Shown here piece by piece: positions 1 through 11,229 of a stretch of 64,000 bases of DNA. Source of the DNA: Laetmonice hystrix. Taxonomy: Eukaryota. The notes beneath the pieces were generated by a model. The model did not search any database and was not told the origin of the DNA. It saw nothing but the letters and a program-made list of their open reading frames with translations. The stretch covers positions 20,028,001 to 20,092,000 of the forward strand of contig OZ249436.1 in NCBI GenBank assembly GCA_965235115.1, written 5' to 3'. A program made the position numbers and the translations under genes. Numbering within the stretch: position 1 is the stretch's first letter; every line of letters begins with the position of its first letter.

Positions 1-1133
1 TAAACAAATTCCCGGTTTCTCACCAGGACTGCGTGGAGATCTCCAAGCGGGATGCTTTTTGATATATGTTAAGTTGTTAACCTTCTCATTAGGCCGCGCT
101 ATTCTCAAGGTGCTGTTGCCGGGAGCATTATTTTCTCTCAGGAGAATAACTAGTCACTAGTAATAGCTAATGTGCTGCATAATAGTTCGGGTTCTCACAT
201 ATATAGTGTTGGCCAATATGTTGCACAACAACAGAAAGCTAAATTGCTCGTCTAAAGTCTGTTGTCGTTTTATTCCCTCAAGAGAACCATTTTCATGACT
301 AAAATACTCATGATTTCCTTATATCAAAAGAAGACATCAGGTTCTCCAGAGATAAATTGCTCTGTAATCTTAAAAGATCTCCTTTAGAAAATCAGAAATC
401 AGACTCCAACCACTTGTCCGGGTCCCACACTCGTTGCCTTCACAAATCGTGCAGCTTTAACAGGCCCAACCACCACACAACAAGACAGCAATTACGGCAA
501 AGATTGAAAACAATTTTCCACCTGTACCTGACTCGACCTGCTCTGGGAACGGCTGTGATAGGATTGCCTGTGTCGCCCATTAGCGTCATTCTGGCACAAT
601 ACACACCGGCCGATTTGATTTAAGACTAATGTAGACACAAAGGCCAGTCCCAAATTCAGTTGTGGTCTTCTAACGACCACGGCCGCCCAAGAACGCCTAG
701 TCTGAGAACGTCTCCAACTGCTGCTTGAAGCGCAAAGGACCGGTTAAAGAGCTTTTCCCAAGTTGCTACTGCTCAGATATTAAAGCAGGGACAACCAGGA
801 TTCTCACCAAAACAAATGTAGTAATGCACAGAATGCATTTGGCAAACCTGGCTCACGAGGAAAAATATGCGAAAATTGAAGTTAATAAAAATTCAAAAAT
901 AAATAAATAAAATGAAAGTGTGTCTGTTTTGGGTAAAAGCTTCGTATCGTGAGTTGAACGAATTCCGTTTTAAAAGACATTATGTTTAAGAAACTAGGTT
1001 TTGAAGTTTGAAAGACCAAAACGTCCTCGTGCAGCGACAAACACATGGAGTAATTGTACAACCGTAGACGTCCGATCACTGCCGTGGTGATTGGTAGATC
1101 GGTATTAAAGGATTGAAAAGAATGGCTGCTTAC

Positions 1134-1247
1134 CTGATGGGCTCGTACTATTAAACTGCAGTCGTGTCGTTTCAGGAACTGTCGTACTATGTCGCCACCA
1201 AACGTATAAGATACACCCCTGTCGTTTTCTCCCCAACCTGTAATGTC
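1134..1247 (-). CDS. PP1-like phosphatase, coding exon 6 ([38 protein letters not shown]); gene continues off the left edge
   Basis: Contains [10 protein letters not shown] and RAHQ. Bounded by a tctttcag acceptor and a CAG|GTAAG donor. The expected next segment (VVEDGY..SAPNY) is not seen in 1-1133. Confidence 0.97.
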
Positions 1248-1444
1248 CTGAAAGACAAAAACGTTCCTATATTAAACTGATAGGTATCGACGCTGTTCAA
1301 ACCAAATGGAGAAAAGAATCACTTTTAAAAATTTACGGTGATCAAGTTAAGCGTGGTCTATGATTCATTTTCTTTTTTCTAAGAAGATGAAGATATACTC
1401 GAGTAATCATTCTAGGTGTATGTGTATAGTTGATGGACACTCAC

Positions 1445-1593
1445 TTCGTCAGGGTCGGACCACAAGAGATCACAGACAAGACCATGGTCAGGCACATCTA
1501 AAGGTCGCTCCACCTCCCTTAGCTGCTCAAGATCTATGAGGTCGGGCGACAGACCTCCGTGCATGCAGAATATGGTTCCTTCTATCAAGGCCG
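1445..1593 (-). CDS. PP1-like phosphatase, coding exon 5 ([18 protein letters not shown]...[21 protein letters not shown])
   Basis: Contains HGGLSP and DLLWSDP. Bounded by a cttgttgcag acceptor and a GAA|GTGAG donor. 149 nt, phase 1 to 0. It follows a 12.8-kb intron. Confidence 0.97.
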
Positions 1594-2081
1594 CTGCAAC
1601 AAGCGAAGAGAATAAGAAATTCATGGAGGTACTTTTAAACATAACACAACTGTTATCAATCTTTGACATACACGTACATCGCACTAATTGTCCATAGATC
1701 AGTGTATTTATCTGGATATCTCTTGCTATACAGGGTGTCCCCCCCAAAAATGTCCACGCCAAACCAGGCAACCTAAGAATCTATGTTCCCCCCGGTCCTG
1801 ATGGGGAATCTTCTTACATGAAAAACAGTCTTTATTTTATCAAAATCAGTCAAGCGAATAAAAAGTTATATGCCATTTTTAGTGCAGCAAAGTCACACCC
1901 TAGTTCATTAGCCAGATCTCATTATCTGACAGGTAGAACTGGCCACTGTAAAAAAAAGAGACAAATACTTCACTCAAACTCAAAACTCAAAAGCGAACTT
2001 ATTTGCGCTTACACTTTGCCTAGAGTAGGAATCAGAAATCCATTCAAAATAATATGCTCCATGTTGTTTCATCACTTCCCG

Positions 2082-2482
2082 AGTGTTTGGTATTCCCTTA
2101 CCATGCCTACAGTGTTTGGTATTCCCTTACCATGCCTACAGTGTTTGGTATTCCCTTACCATGCCTACAGTGTTTAGTATTCACTTACCATGCCTACAGT
2201 GTTAGGTATTCCCCTACCATGCCTGCAGTGTTTGGTATTCCCTTACCATGCCTACAGTGTTTGGTATTCCCTTACCATGCCTACAGTGTTAGGTATTCCC
2301 TTACGATGCCTAGTGTTTGGTATTCCCTTACCATGCCTACAGTGTTAGGTATTCCCCTACCATGCCTACAGTGTTTGGTATTCCCTTACCATGCCTACAG
2401 TGTTTGGTATTCCCCTACCATGCCTACAGTGTTTGGTATTCCCTTACCATGCCTACAGTGTTTGGTATTCCCTTACCATCCC
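2082..2482. repeat. Minisatellite, 29-bp unit (agtgtttggtattcccttaccatgcctac), about 14 copies
   Basis: Tandem array visible directly, inside PP1 intron 4. Confidence 0.95.
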
Positions 2483-2591
2483 TGTACCGTCGACTAGACT
2501 CTATAGATAATATTTCCAGACTTTTACATCAGCCGTATCATGAGTTGTCAGGACCATACCTGTACAATGCTATTTGCCTATTAGATCTATT

Positions 2592-2763
2592 AGGGGCCGT
2601 TCAAAAATTACGTAATATAAGGCTATTTTAGGCCAAATCTGACACATCACCCACCCCCACTCTCTGTAACGCTCTGTAATGGTACTTCGGCACTGTCCGT
2701 AACGTTTGGACATACACCCTCCCCCCACTGCCCTGAGCGTTACGTAATGTTTTAACGGCCACT
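2592..2763. mobile_element. Small MITE with terminal inverted repeats (TIRs)
   Basis: Ends aggggccgttcaaaaattacgtaa and ttacgtaatgttttaacggccact are imperfect inverted repeats. ATT flanks both sides. Confidence 0.7.
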
Positions 2764-2970
2764 ATTACAAATCAGTCTGTGTCTGCAAATGGCAATACTT
2801 ATCGCCGTTGGCAAATTGCCGTAAGCGTGGGAGGAGACATTCATTCAAATAAAGTAAGCCTGTGGTCTACAACAACTGGTTGGGGACACGCAGGTTACTT
2901 CAGGATTGAGGGGAACACCTCGGGCGTACGCCGGTCGTCGTAATCCGCTACTCAGCTTTCGGAACCGCTG

Positions 2971-3092
2971 CCCGGCCACCATAACCCTAATCCCGGCCAC
3001 CATAACCCTCATGCCGGCCACCATAACCCTCATCCCGGCCACCATAACCCTAATCCCAGCCACCATAGCCCTCATCCCGGCCACCATGCGGG
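2971..3092. repeat. 21-bp tandem repeat (ccggccaccataaccctaatc), about 5 copies
   Basis: Visible directly, immediately before the 38-bp array. Confidence 0.9.
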
Positions 3093-3119
3093 CCACATAT
3101 GCCTGCCGTAACCTGCAGC

Positions 3120-4395
3120 CCAGCCGCCCAGTGCCATGCCAGCCATAGCCCGCAGCCCGGCCGCCTAGTGCCATGCCAGCCACAGCCTGGCCGCCCGGTG
3201 CCATGCCAGCCATAGCCCGCAGCCCCGGCGCCCAGTGCCATGCCAGCCACAGCCAACAGCCCCGCCGCCCGGTGCCGTGCCAGTCACAGCCCCGCCGCCC
3301 AGTGCCATCCCAGCCACAGCCCACCCGCCCGGCCGCCCAGTGCCATGCCAGCCACAGCCCACCCACCCGGCCGCCCAGTGCCATGCCAGCCACAGCCCAC
3401 CCGCCCGGCCGCCCAGTGCCATGCCAGCCACAGCCCACCCGCCCGGCCGCCCAGTGCCATGGGCCACAGCCCACCCGCCCGGCCGCCCAGTGCCATGCCA
3501 GCCACAGCCCACCCGCCCGGCCGCCCAGTGCCATGCCAGCCACAGCCCACCCGCCCCGCCGCCCGGTGCCATTCCAGCCATAGCCCGCAGCCCCGCCGCC
3601 CGGTGCCGTGCCCGCCACAGCCCCGCCACCCGGTGCCATGCCAGTCACAGCCCCGCCGCCTGGTGCCATGCCAGCCACAGCCCACCCGCCCGGCCGCCCG
3701 GTGCCATGCCAGCCACAGCCCACCCGCCCGGCCGCCCAGTCCCATGCCAGCCACAGCCCACCCACCCGGCCGCCCGGTGCCATGCCAGCCACAGCCCACC
3801 CACCCGGCCGCCCAGTGCCATGCCAGCCACAGCCCACCCGCCGGGCCGCCCAGTGCCATGCCAGCCACAGCCTACCCGCCCGGCCGCCCAGTGCCATGCC
3901 AGCCACAGCCCACCCGCCCGGCCGCCCAGTGCCATGCCAGCCACAGCCCACCCGCCTCGCCGCCCAGTGCCATGCCAGCCACAGCCCACCCGCCCGGCCG
4001 CCCGGTGCCATGCCAGCCACAGCCCACCCGCCCGGCCGCCCAGTCCCATGCCAGCCACAGCCCACCCGCCCGGCCGCACGGTGCCATGCCAGCCACAGCT
4101 CACCCACCTGGCCGCCCAGTGCCATGCCAGCCACAGCCCACCCAACCTGCCGCCCAGTGCCATGTCAGCCACAGCCCACCCGCCTCGCCGCCCAGTGCCA
4201 TGCCAGCCACAGCCCACCCGCCCGGCCGCCCGGTGCCATGCCAGCCACAGCCCACCCGCACACCCGCCCGGCCGCCCAGTGCCATGCCAGCCACAGCCCA
4301 CCCACCCGGCCGCCCAGTGCCATGCCAGCCACAGCCCACCCGCCTCGCCGCCCAGTGCCATGCCAGCCACGGCCCGCCACCCGCCCCGCCGCCCG
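3120..4395. repeat. GC-rich minisatellite, about 38-bp unit (cccagtgccatgccagccacagcccacccgcccggccg), over 30 copies
   Basis: Tandem array visible directly. It explains all the long overlapping ORFs at 2845-4578. Confidence 0.97.
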
Positions 4396-7300
4396 GATTC
4401 AGTCGTTCAGTCCAGTTTGCTCTGCTCACATCGGAGTGATGATGGGGACCGACTGGTGTTGACGGCCCCTCATCACCAAGCACCGGTCTGCCCACGCCAC
4501 CATCACTTCACCTCTGTACGGACAGTGTCCGTCACACCTTCCCTATCTCAGGCGCGTGTCGGCTCCCCCAGAGCATAATCTGCTAAGCATTCCCGCCGTT
4601 TTGAACCCTTTGAGCGATGAATCCACAAAATCTTATATTATAATGCCCTATAAACTGGCCCCTAAATGGCACACAATCGCGTCTCACAGCTTCTACTTTT
4701 TAAAAATTTCCTGAGACCCTCCCCTGCTGAAAATCATGGACACGCACCTGTATCTATACCATTATACTCTTCGCCAAGGATGTAGGATTTTATTTTCGTT
4801 CTTGCACTAATGTGATCCAAGCAGTGGAAATTAAGGTACTGTCAAACAAGTGACTCTATGGAACAGCAAGATTACGTCATGCAGAAAGCAACTCCTAGCT
4901 CTTATATGACCACCTGTTTGCCAACATATAGATGTTGATATTATACCCTAATTAGGTAGGCTACGTGACCAATTAAACCAAAACAAGCCGGGTAAAGGAT
5001 GATCGTGTGTTTTTTTTAATTAAATTGGAAATATCCGACTTTGCATGCAAATTTCGCAAGGAAATATACACAAAATGAAGTCATTGGTGGCAGCATTCTA
5101 GTTAAGGACTTTGGACAAAATGTGTTTTAAGAATGCCGATTTTAGATTTTTTTGCCAGTTCACTTAAATTAAACAAAACCCTTTCATAATTTTGCTGGTA
5201 GAAATACTTAAAAATCCAGCCATTTGTTGCAAATGTATCGACAACCTTTCGACGTAGGTGTTTTTTCTCTCTCGAATATTCCGTTTCTTCATTTCCAGGC
5301 CGCAAGGATCACCAAGGGCTTTGGGATATGTCCAGTCGTATCTGTACGACTGGCCATAAATAATCTTGTCATGTTTCGAAAGGAGTTTGGAATTGCCCAA
5401 CCCTCTACAGCTACAGCTCATACTACTGACATACTTGTTCTCTCTTTCTCCGCGACCATAGCTCGATGGTCACACTAATGCTCTCACCTGTCCTACGCCT
5501 GGTACTGCTCTGACAACTTGATACCCTACTGCAATAGACTCTCCAATTATTAGAATATTTTGTAGTGGTGAGAAAGAGCGTAATTGAACTCTTGCCACCT
5601 GGCAATTATGCAGCATCCAGTCCAGGTATGGAGATATTCTGGGCGCTTAACCGTTCAGAAATGTTTCAAATTCACCAATGGGAATTAGACTTTGCAATCT
5701 GATTCTACATGTCCTACCAGTGAACAAGTAATGAATTCCGTTATCTTTTAACCCAATTTAAAACAGTTTTGGAATATCAGAAGCCGTACGTGTTGTTAGA
5801 ACAAAAGTTTCTACTCCACGAAGTATACTACTACTGGCAGACCTATAACCATGGGAGCAGGTGGCGCATGGCCACCAATCGATACAAACTCAGAGTCCAA
5901 AATTACATGGGCAGGGGACAGTTTGTGTTCATGTTAGTACATTAATCAGTTGGATAAGCTAACAGTTGGCCTCGGCCCTGGCCCCAGATCATTACTGCCG
6001 TCCTTTCTCTGCTTCTCTACGCTGTCAGACTAGTTGCGGCCCCAGGGTCGATGACGTCAGCATCCTGCCCTGGCCTCTCTCTCCCTCCTTAATACCCCTG
6101 CCACTGACCACATCAATTACTGGAGTCGCCTGATCAACGGCCATATCTTATGTCATTTATTCATGAGAAGATGCTGTAACTACAAACTAGGTTTTTGTTT
6201 GCTGCCGAGCCCCAAATTCTGCTAGGGTATAAATATAAAGAATGCAGATCGTCATGTCATATATACAAAATCTTTATGAGAAGGTTCCCGAGCCCTGCGT
6301 CTTACGTATGTGGGCATGATGTACAGGACAGACACGTAGACAAATTCTTAAGGTCGGTTCAAATGTATTTTCAACAAATAGAAATGGTGGCTCAGTCGTG
6401 TTAAACCCTGGCTGGTAATTGGGTTACCCCTGATGCCCGTACATTTCAAAAGAAAAATAGAGTCTCTACCCTCTGTGAATTCCATGCGAGCTGCTCAGTC
6501 TCCTGCTGCAGGGTCGGTGGTCTTCCTCAGGGTACTTCGCTTTCATCCACCAGTCAACCAGACCGAAGCAATACGACCCGGGCCTCAGTCCATTCTATTC
6601 CAATCCAGCTGTTTTGAATGCATATTTTTGTTTACCTGATTGATTTGCCCCCCCCCCCCAACTGAAGATAGCGTCCTATTACGCATCTGTATTAGTGTTC
6701 ATTTTGTTCTGAGAAAATCCGAAGCGGAATACTGCTTCACGTCAGCACCTGAGCCAAGGTGGTTCCTTCAACGCCATCATTTCGTCGCCCACACAGTCAG
6801 TGGGGAGTACTATTTTTGATTACCTCCATCACTGTGTCAATTAACCGCTCACCTGGAGACGACAATATAACATCCCCCAAAGATTGCTGAGATATTATGA
6901 CGTCCACACGCCCTCGACAGGGCACAGCGTCGCCGACAAGTGCGATGTAAGGGACACACTGGTTACCTAAGTAACACGTGACACGACGTTTATTTCGGTG
7001 CACTCTTTTCATTGGTCGGAAAACACCGACTTCTTTTTGCTGCCACTTGCCATGATAGGAGTGAACTTTGTCTCTGGGCGGAGTGGACACGCCACTTCCC
7101 GTCCCTGAACGGGTCACGTTTCACGACGAGCAACGTATTTTCATAACATTGTTCAAGACAAAGACGTCACAAGGCAAAGCAACAGGTGAATGTATGATAT
7201 TACCTGAGAGTATGGTGCGCTTATGGCTGATCAACAGTGCACAGACCAAGAGGATGAAATCACCTAAATATTCCACTACAGCCTATTGAGACACTACTTA

Positions 7301-7670
7301 ATAAAATAGGAGAGTTTTATTGACTGACCCAAAATAATTGGAGTTCTTCCTGTAAAAGTAGGTTGGGGCGCAACGTTAATTAAACAAAATGTTAGTTAAG
7401 CATCCCCGACAAAAAGAAACTCAAAAACTTTTTTCCTTGTTTTTTGTTCCATGCCTCAAATAAAGAATGATATTTTTAAAAAAAGTTTCCACGAACGGAG
7501 GTCGATCACGGATTGTGATTTACACATCGTTAAACCACCCGCCATTTGCTGTGGTGAAAAAATGCGACTTGATATGGATTTATTCTACTTCGATCACTTG
7601 TCCCGGTATTCATGTCATGTGAGACGGTACTCAAGAGATGGTCCGCGTGAGCTGAGCGCACGAGCGACGA

Positions 7671-8234
7671 CCGGTGTCACATCGAAAACTGACCCCCGTG
7701 GTAAATTGACCCCCGGGTCACTTTTCCACAGTGGAAAAGTGACCCTCCCTGTGGTAATCTGACCATCAAGGAAAAGTTAAGACATTTCTTGTTCTGTTTA
7801 TTTTTTATATTTATGGAAAGGATACAAAAGGATGTTTTTATTCACATGTCGTACTCAATTTGCCAATCTGCGTAATTTGCAAATAGTGTTAATTCAAATA
7901 GACCTAACCCTAAACTTACCTTAACCCTAACCGAGGGGCGTACAGGTAGCACCCGTATTTGCTGGTTTGCCCTTTTAAACATGCGCAAGTCGCGAAAGTG
8001 AGTACTGCTGAACAGGTGTCAAAACTGTTGAAAAATACCAAGAAGCAGGAAAATGACGATAGATTCCAATGTAAAGACGTTATGCCTAATATCTATATCA
8101 TTCAACCTGGGTCATTTTTCCACAGGGGAGGTCACTTTTCCACTGTGGTAAAGTGACCCGGGGGTCGATTTACCACGTGGTAAATTGACCCCCGGGTCAC
8201 TTTACCACGGGGTCACTTTACCACATCACACCGG
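7671..8234. mobile_element. Non-autonomous TIR element with repeated subterminal motifs (gtggtaaattgacccc)
   Basis: Begins ccggtgt and ends acaccgg. About 90-120 bp at each end form inverted arrays of tgacccc/gtggtaaa motifs. No clear TSD. Confidence 0.75.
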
Positions 8235-8459
8235 CTGCGTACATTTATGATACTGAGCCCTACATGTGAACGCCATTAGAAGCAAGACCTGGCATGAGAG
8301 GCGAGTGGCTCTGGCCAACGGTGGACTCAGCCCAACTTTGGATACTGGTACTGTAACTTCGACCATGTGTTCTAAAGAGGTGGGCACTTAGCCTGGTGTT
8401 TCCCTTGGATGGGCCACTGAAGCACAACACTGGACCGATGATTCTCATACCTTACGAGA

Positions 8460-9067
8460 AGAATCCGCTCGGTCTGGTAGTTCTGGAACCTAAGCTAGGG
8501 GAATCCACTCTGGCTGGTGGTTCTCAAACCTAACTGGGTGCATCCACTCCGGCTGGTGGTTCTCAAACCTATATAATTAGGTGAATCCACTTTGGCCGGT
8601 GGTTCTCAAACCTAATTAGGTGAATCCACTCTGGCTGGTGGTTCTCAAACCTAATTGGGTGAATCCACTCTGGCTGGTGGTTCTCAAACCTAATTGGGTG
8701 AATCCACTCTGGCCGGTGGTTCTCAAACCTAACTGGGTGAATCCACTCTAGCCGGTGGTTCTCAAACCTAATTAGGTGAATCCACTCTAGCCGGTGGTTC
8801 TCAAACCTAATTAGGTGAATCCACTCTGGCTGGTTGTTCTCAAACCTAATTGAGTGAATCCACTCTGGCTGGTGGTTCTCAAACCTAATTGGGTGAATCC
8901 ACTCTGGCTGGTGGTTCTCAAAGTTTATAATTCTGTGAATCCACTCTGGCTGGTGGTTCTCAAACCTTATCGTTGGGTGAATCCACTCTGGCGGGTGGTT
9001 CTCAAACCTTATCGTTGGGTGAATCCACTCTGGCTGGTGGTTCTCAAACCTAATTGGGTGAATCCAC
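8460..9067. repeat. Minisatellite, 39-bp unit (gaatccactctggctggtggttctcaaacctaattgggt), about 15 copies
   Basis: Tandem array visible directly. Confidence 0.95.
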
Positions 9068-9573
9068 AAATGGCATGAAATCACTGTTGTTGTTTTTTTT
9101 TTTGGGGGGGGGGGGGGGGGGTTAAAAACCTGTCAAAAAGAATGCACCATGCTATGTTCCTAACCATGCCGGAATGGTCCATCCCGTTTAGCGGGTTTCA
9201 AGCCTTGCAGCGGTTTTCAAACCCAACAAGCATAATACGCTCTGCCAGGCTGGCAGGACCCTTGGTAGCAGTATTAAACTAAAAATATTCATTGCTTAAT
9301 CAATGTTTGTACTGTTCATGAGCTTCTGTAAATCCAACAACAGCGCCACTGGTCTGTTTTATGCGTGCCAGATGAATACAGGTGAAGCCTAGTAGTACTA
9401 ATAAAAATACCTTGGCAATCATGCGAACGCTCCCGTAATCCTGGAAGACGGCTCAGGATTGTGTAATCCTGGAATGTGGACCGATAGTTTCAGCCGAATG
9501 ACCCTGCCTGATGTTATTGTAACGGATGGCATTAGGATTTTAAAATGTGTCTATCAGCTTTCTTTGTCACTTA

Positions 9574-10011
9574 TTAAAGCAATCAGAGACTAGCTCTCCT
9601 TCCAATGACTCCAAAATGCAGACATGAGCTGTTAGGTTAGCTAAGGTCTTAGACTACATAAATCAATAAACGTATACCCACAGAAAGCAAACGGCTCATG
9701 GCTGGTTGTTGACCTGGCATTGACTTGATCAGCCATTGAAATTCATCGCTTCATCGCCTGGTGAATTTCATTGGCTGTTCAAGTCAATGCCAGATCAACG
9801 ATCTTGTCAACAACCACCATCCATAAGACGATCGCTTCATAGCGACAACAGGCAACTGCAAAGTTGAATTTCACTAGATTTCTCCATTTCTGTGGGTAAA
9901 CATTTCTTAATTTATGTAGTTTAAGCCCTTAGGCTTATCTAATCTAACATTAACAACCCATGTCTGCATTTTGGAGTCATTGAAATGAGAGATATTCTGT
10001 GATTGCGTTAA
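9574..10011. mobile_element. TTAA-bounded MITE with long TIRs (Kolobok-like)
   Basis: ttaaagcaatca...caatgactccaaaatgcagacatg mirrors catgtctgcattttggagtcattg...tgattgcgttaa. There is an extra internal hairpin at about 9715-9793. Confidence 0.8.
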
Positions 10012-10677
10012 TGAAACCGTGTGCTGCCATGTATGTTAATATGTTATTGTCAAATTATGTTTTCTCGCCCCCAAATAAAATACTCCTACAGTCTGTATTT
10101 AAAAAAAAGTTTATTCCATTCCAACCTTAGATTTCAAAATGTCACCGATCTGCAGGCATAAATCACCACTGATTTAGCTCTACTCAATTAACAGAACATA
10201 ACGTCTTTGTATTTCAAGGTGTTTAATCATGCATTTTCGATTAAGGTCGAGAATGAAATGCCACCCCTGATCCAGTCTCTCCCAAAGTTAGCAAACAGCT
10301 AAACAAAATCACTGACCTTATTCATAATGGGACAGTAACGGGGAATAAAATGTCATCCAACAAAAATATTAAAAACTGCCACGCAGAGGTCATGTTATCA
10401 CAGGATCATGAAGTACTTGATGTTTCACATTGAAAGGCTGAGTAATCAATCTGTTAGCACATATCTGATTTTTAAGCCAGGTTTCTTTTATACACATTCA
10501 TGTCGTTTGTCCTAATTGTTGCCATGGTTACGAGCAGCGGGTATATCGACTGTGCTACTACCTTAAGCACCATGATGTGACATCTCGCCTGCCCCGCCCA
10601 CCATGCCCTCCGTTTCAGTGATAGAATCTCCTGTCCTCGAGGATTTCTCTGCAGTTCAGGTAAAATAGCAACAAATT

Positions 10678-11229
10678 ACCACTGAGCTTGACATGTCTGA
10701 AGTCACCACTGAGCTTGGCATGTCTGAAGTCACCACTCTGCTTGGCATGTCTGAAGTCACCACTGAGCTTGGCATGTCTGAAGTCACCACTGAGCTTGGC
10801 ATGTCTGAAGTCACCACTGGCACTGAGCTTGGCATGTCTGAAGTCACCACTGAGCTTAGCATGTCTGAAGTCATCACTGGCACTGAGCTTGGCATGTCTG
10901 AAGTCACCACTGAGCTTGGCATGTCTGAAGTCACCACTGAGCTTGGCATGTCTGAAGTCACCACTGAGCTTAGCATGTCTGAAGTCACCACTGAGCTTAG
11001 CATGTCTGAAGTACCACTGAGCTTGGCATGTCTGAAGTCACCACTGAGCTTAGCATGTCTGAAGTCACCACTGGCACTGAGCTTGGCATGTCTGAAGTCA
11101 CCACTGAGCTTGGCATGTCTGAAGTCACCACTGAGCTTGGCATGTCTGAAGTCACTGAGCTTAGCATGTTTGAAGTCACCACTGAGCTTGGCATGTCTGA
11201 AGTCACCACTGAGCTTGGCATGTCTGAAG
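10678..11229. repeat. Minisatellite, 27-bp unit (actgagcttggcatgtctgaagtcacc), about 20 copies
   Basis: Tandem array visible directly. Confidence 0.95.

Noticed and set aside
1412..1771. 119-aa ORF as a standalone phosphatase
   Set aside because: Only 1445-1593 is exonic. The rest is intron read-through.
2082..2482. CRISPR-like regular repeats (also at 8460, 10678 and 55029)
   Set aside because: The units are head-to-tail with no unique spacers, there are no cas genes, and the context is eukaryotic. These are minisatellites.
2845..4578. Long ORFs of 240-447 aa on both strands
   Set aside because: They arise from a stop-free 38-bp GC-rich tandem repeat that is open in several frames on both strands and lies in a PP1 intron.
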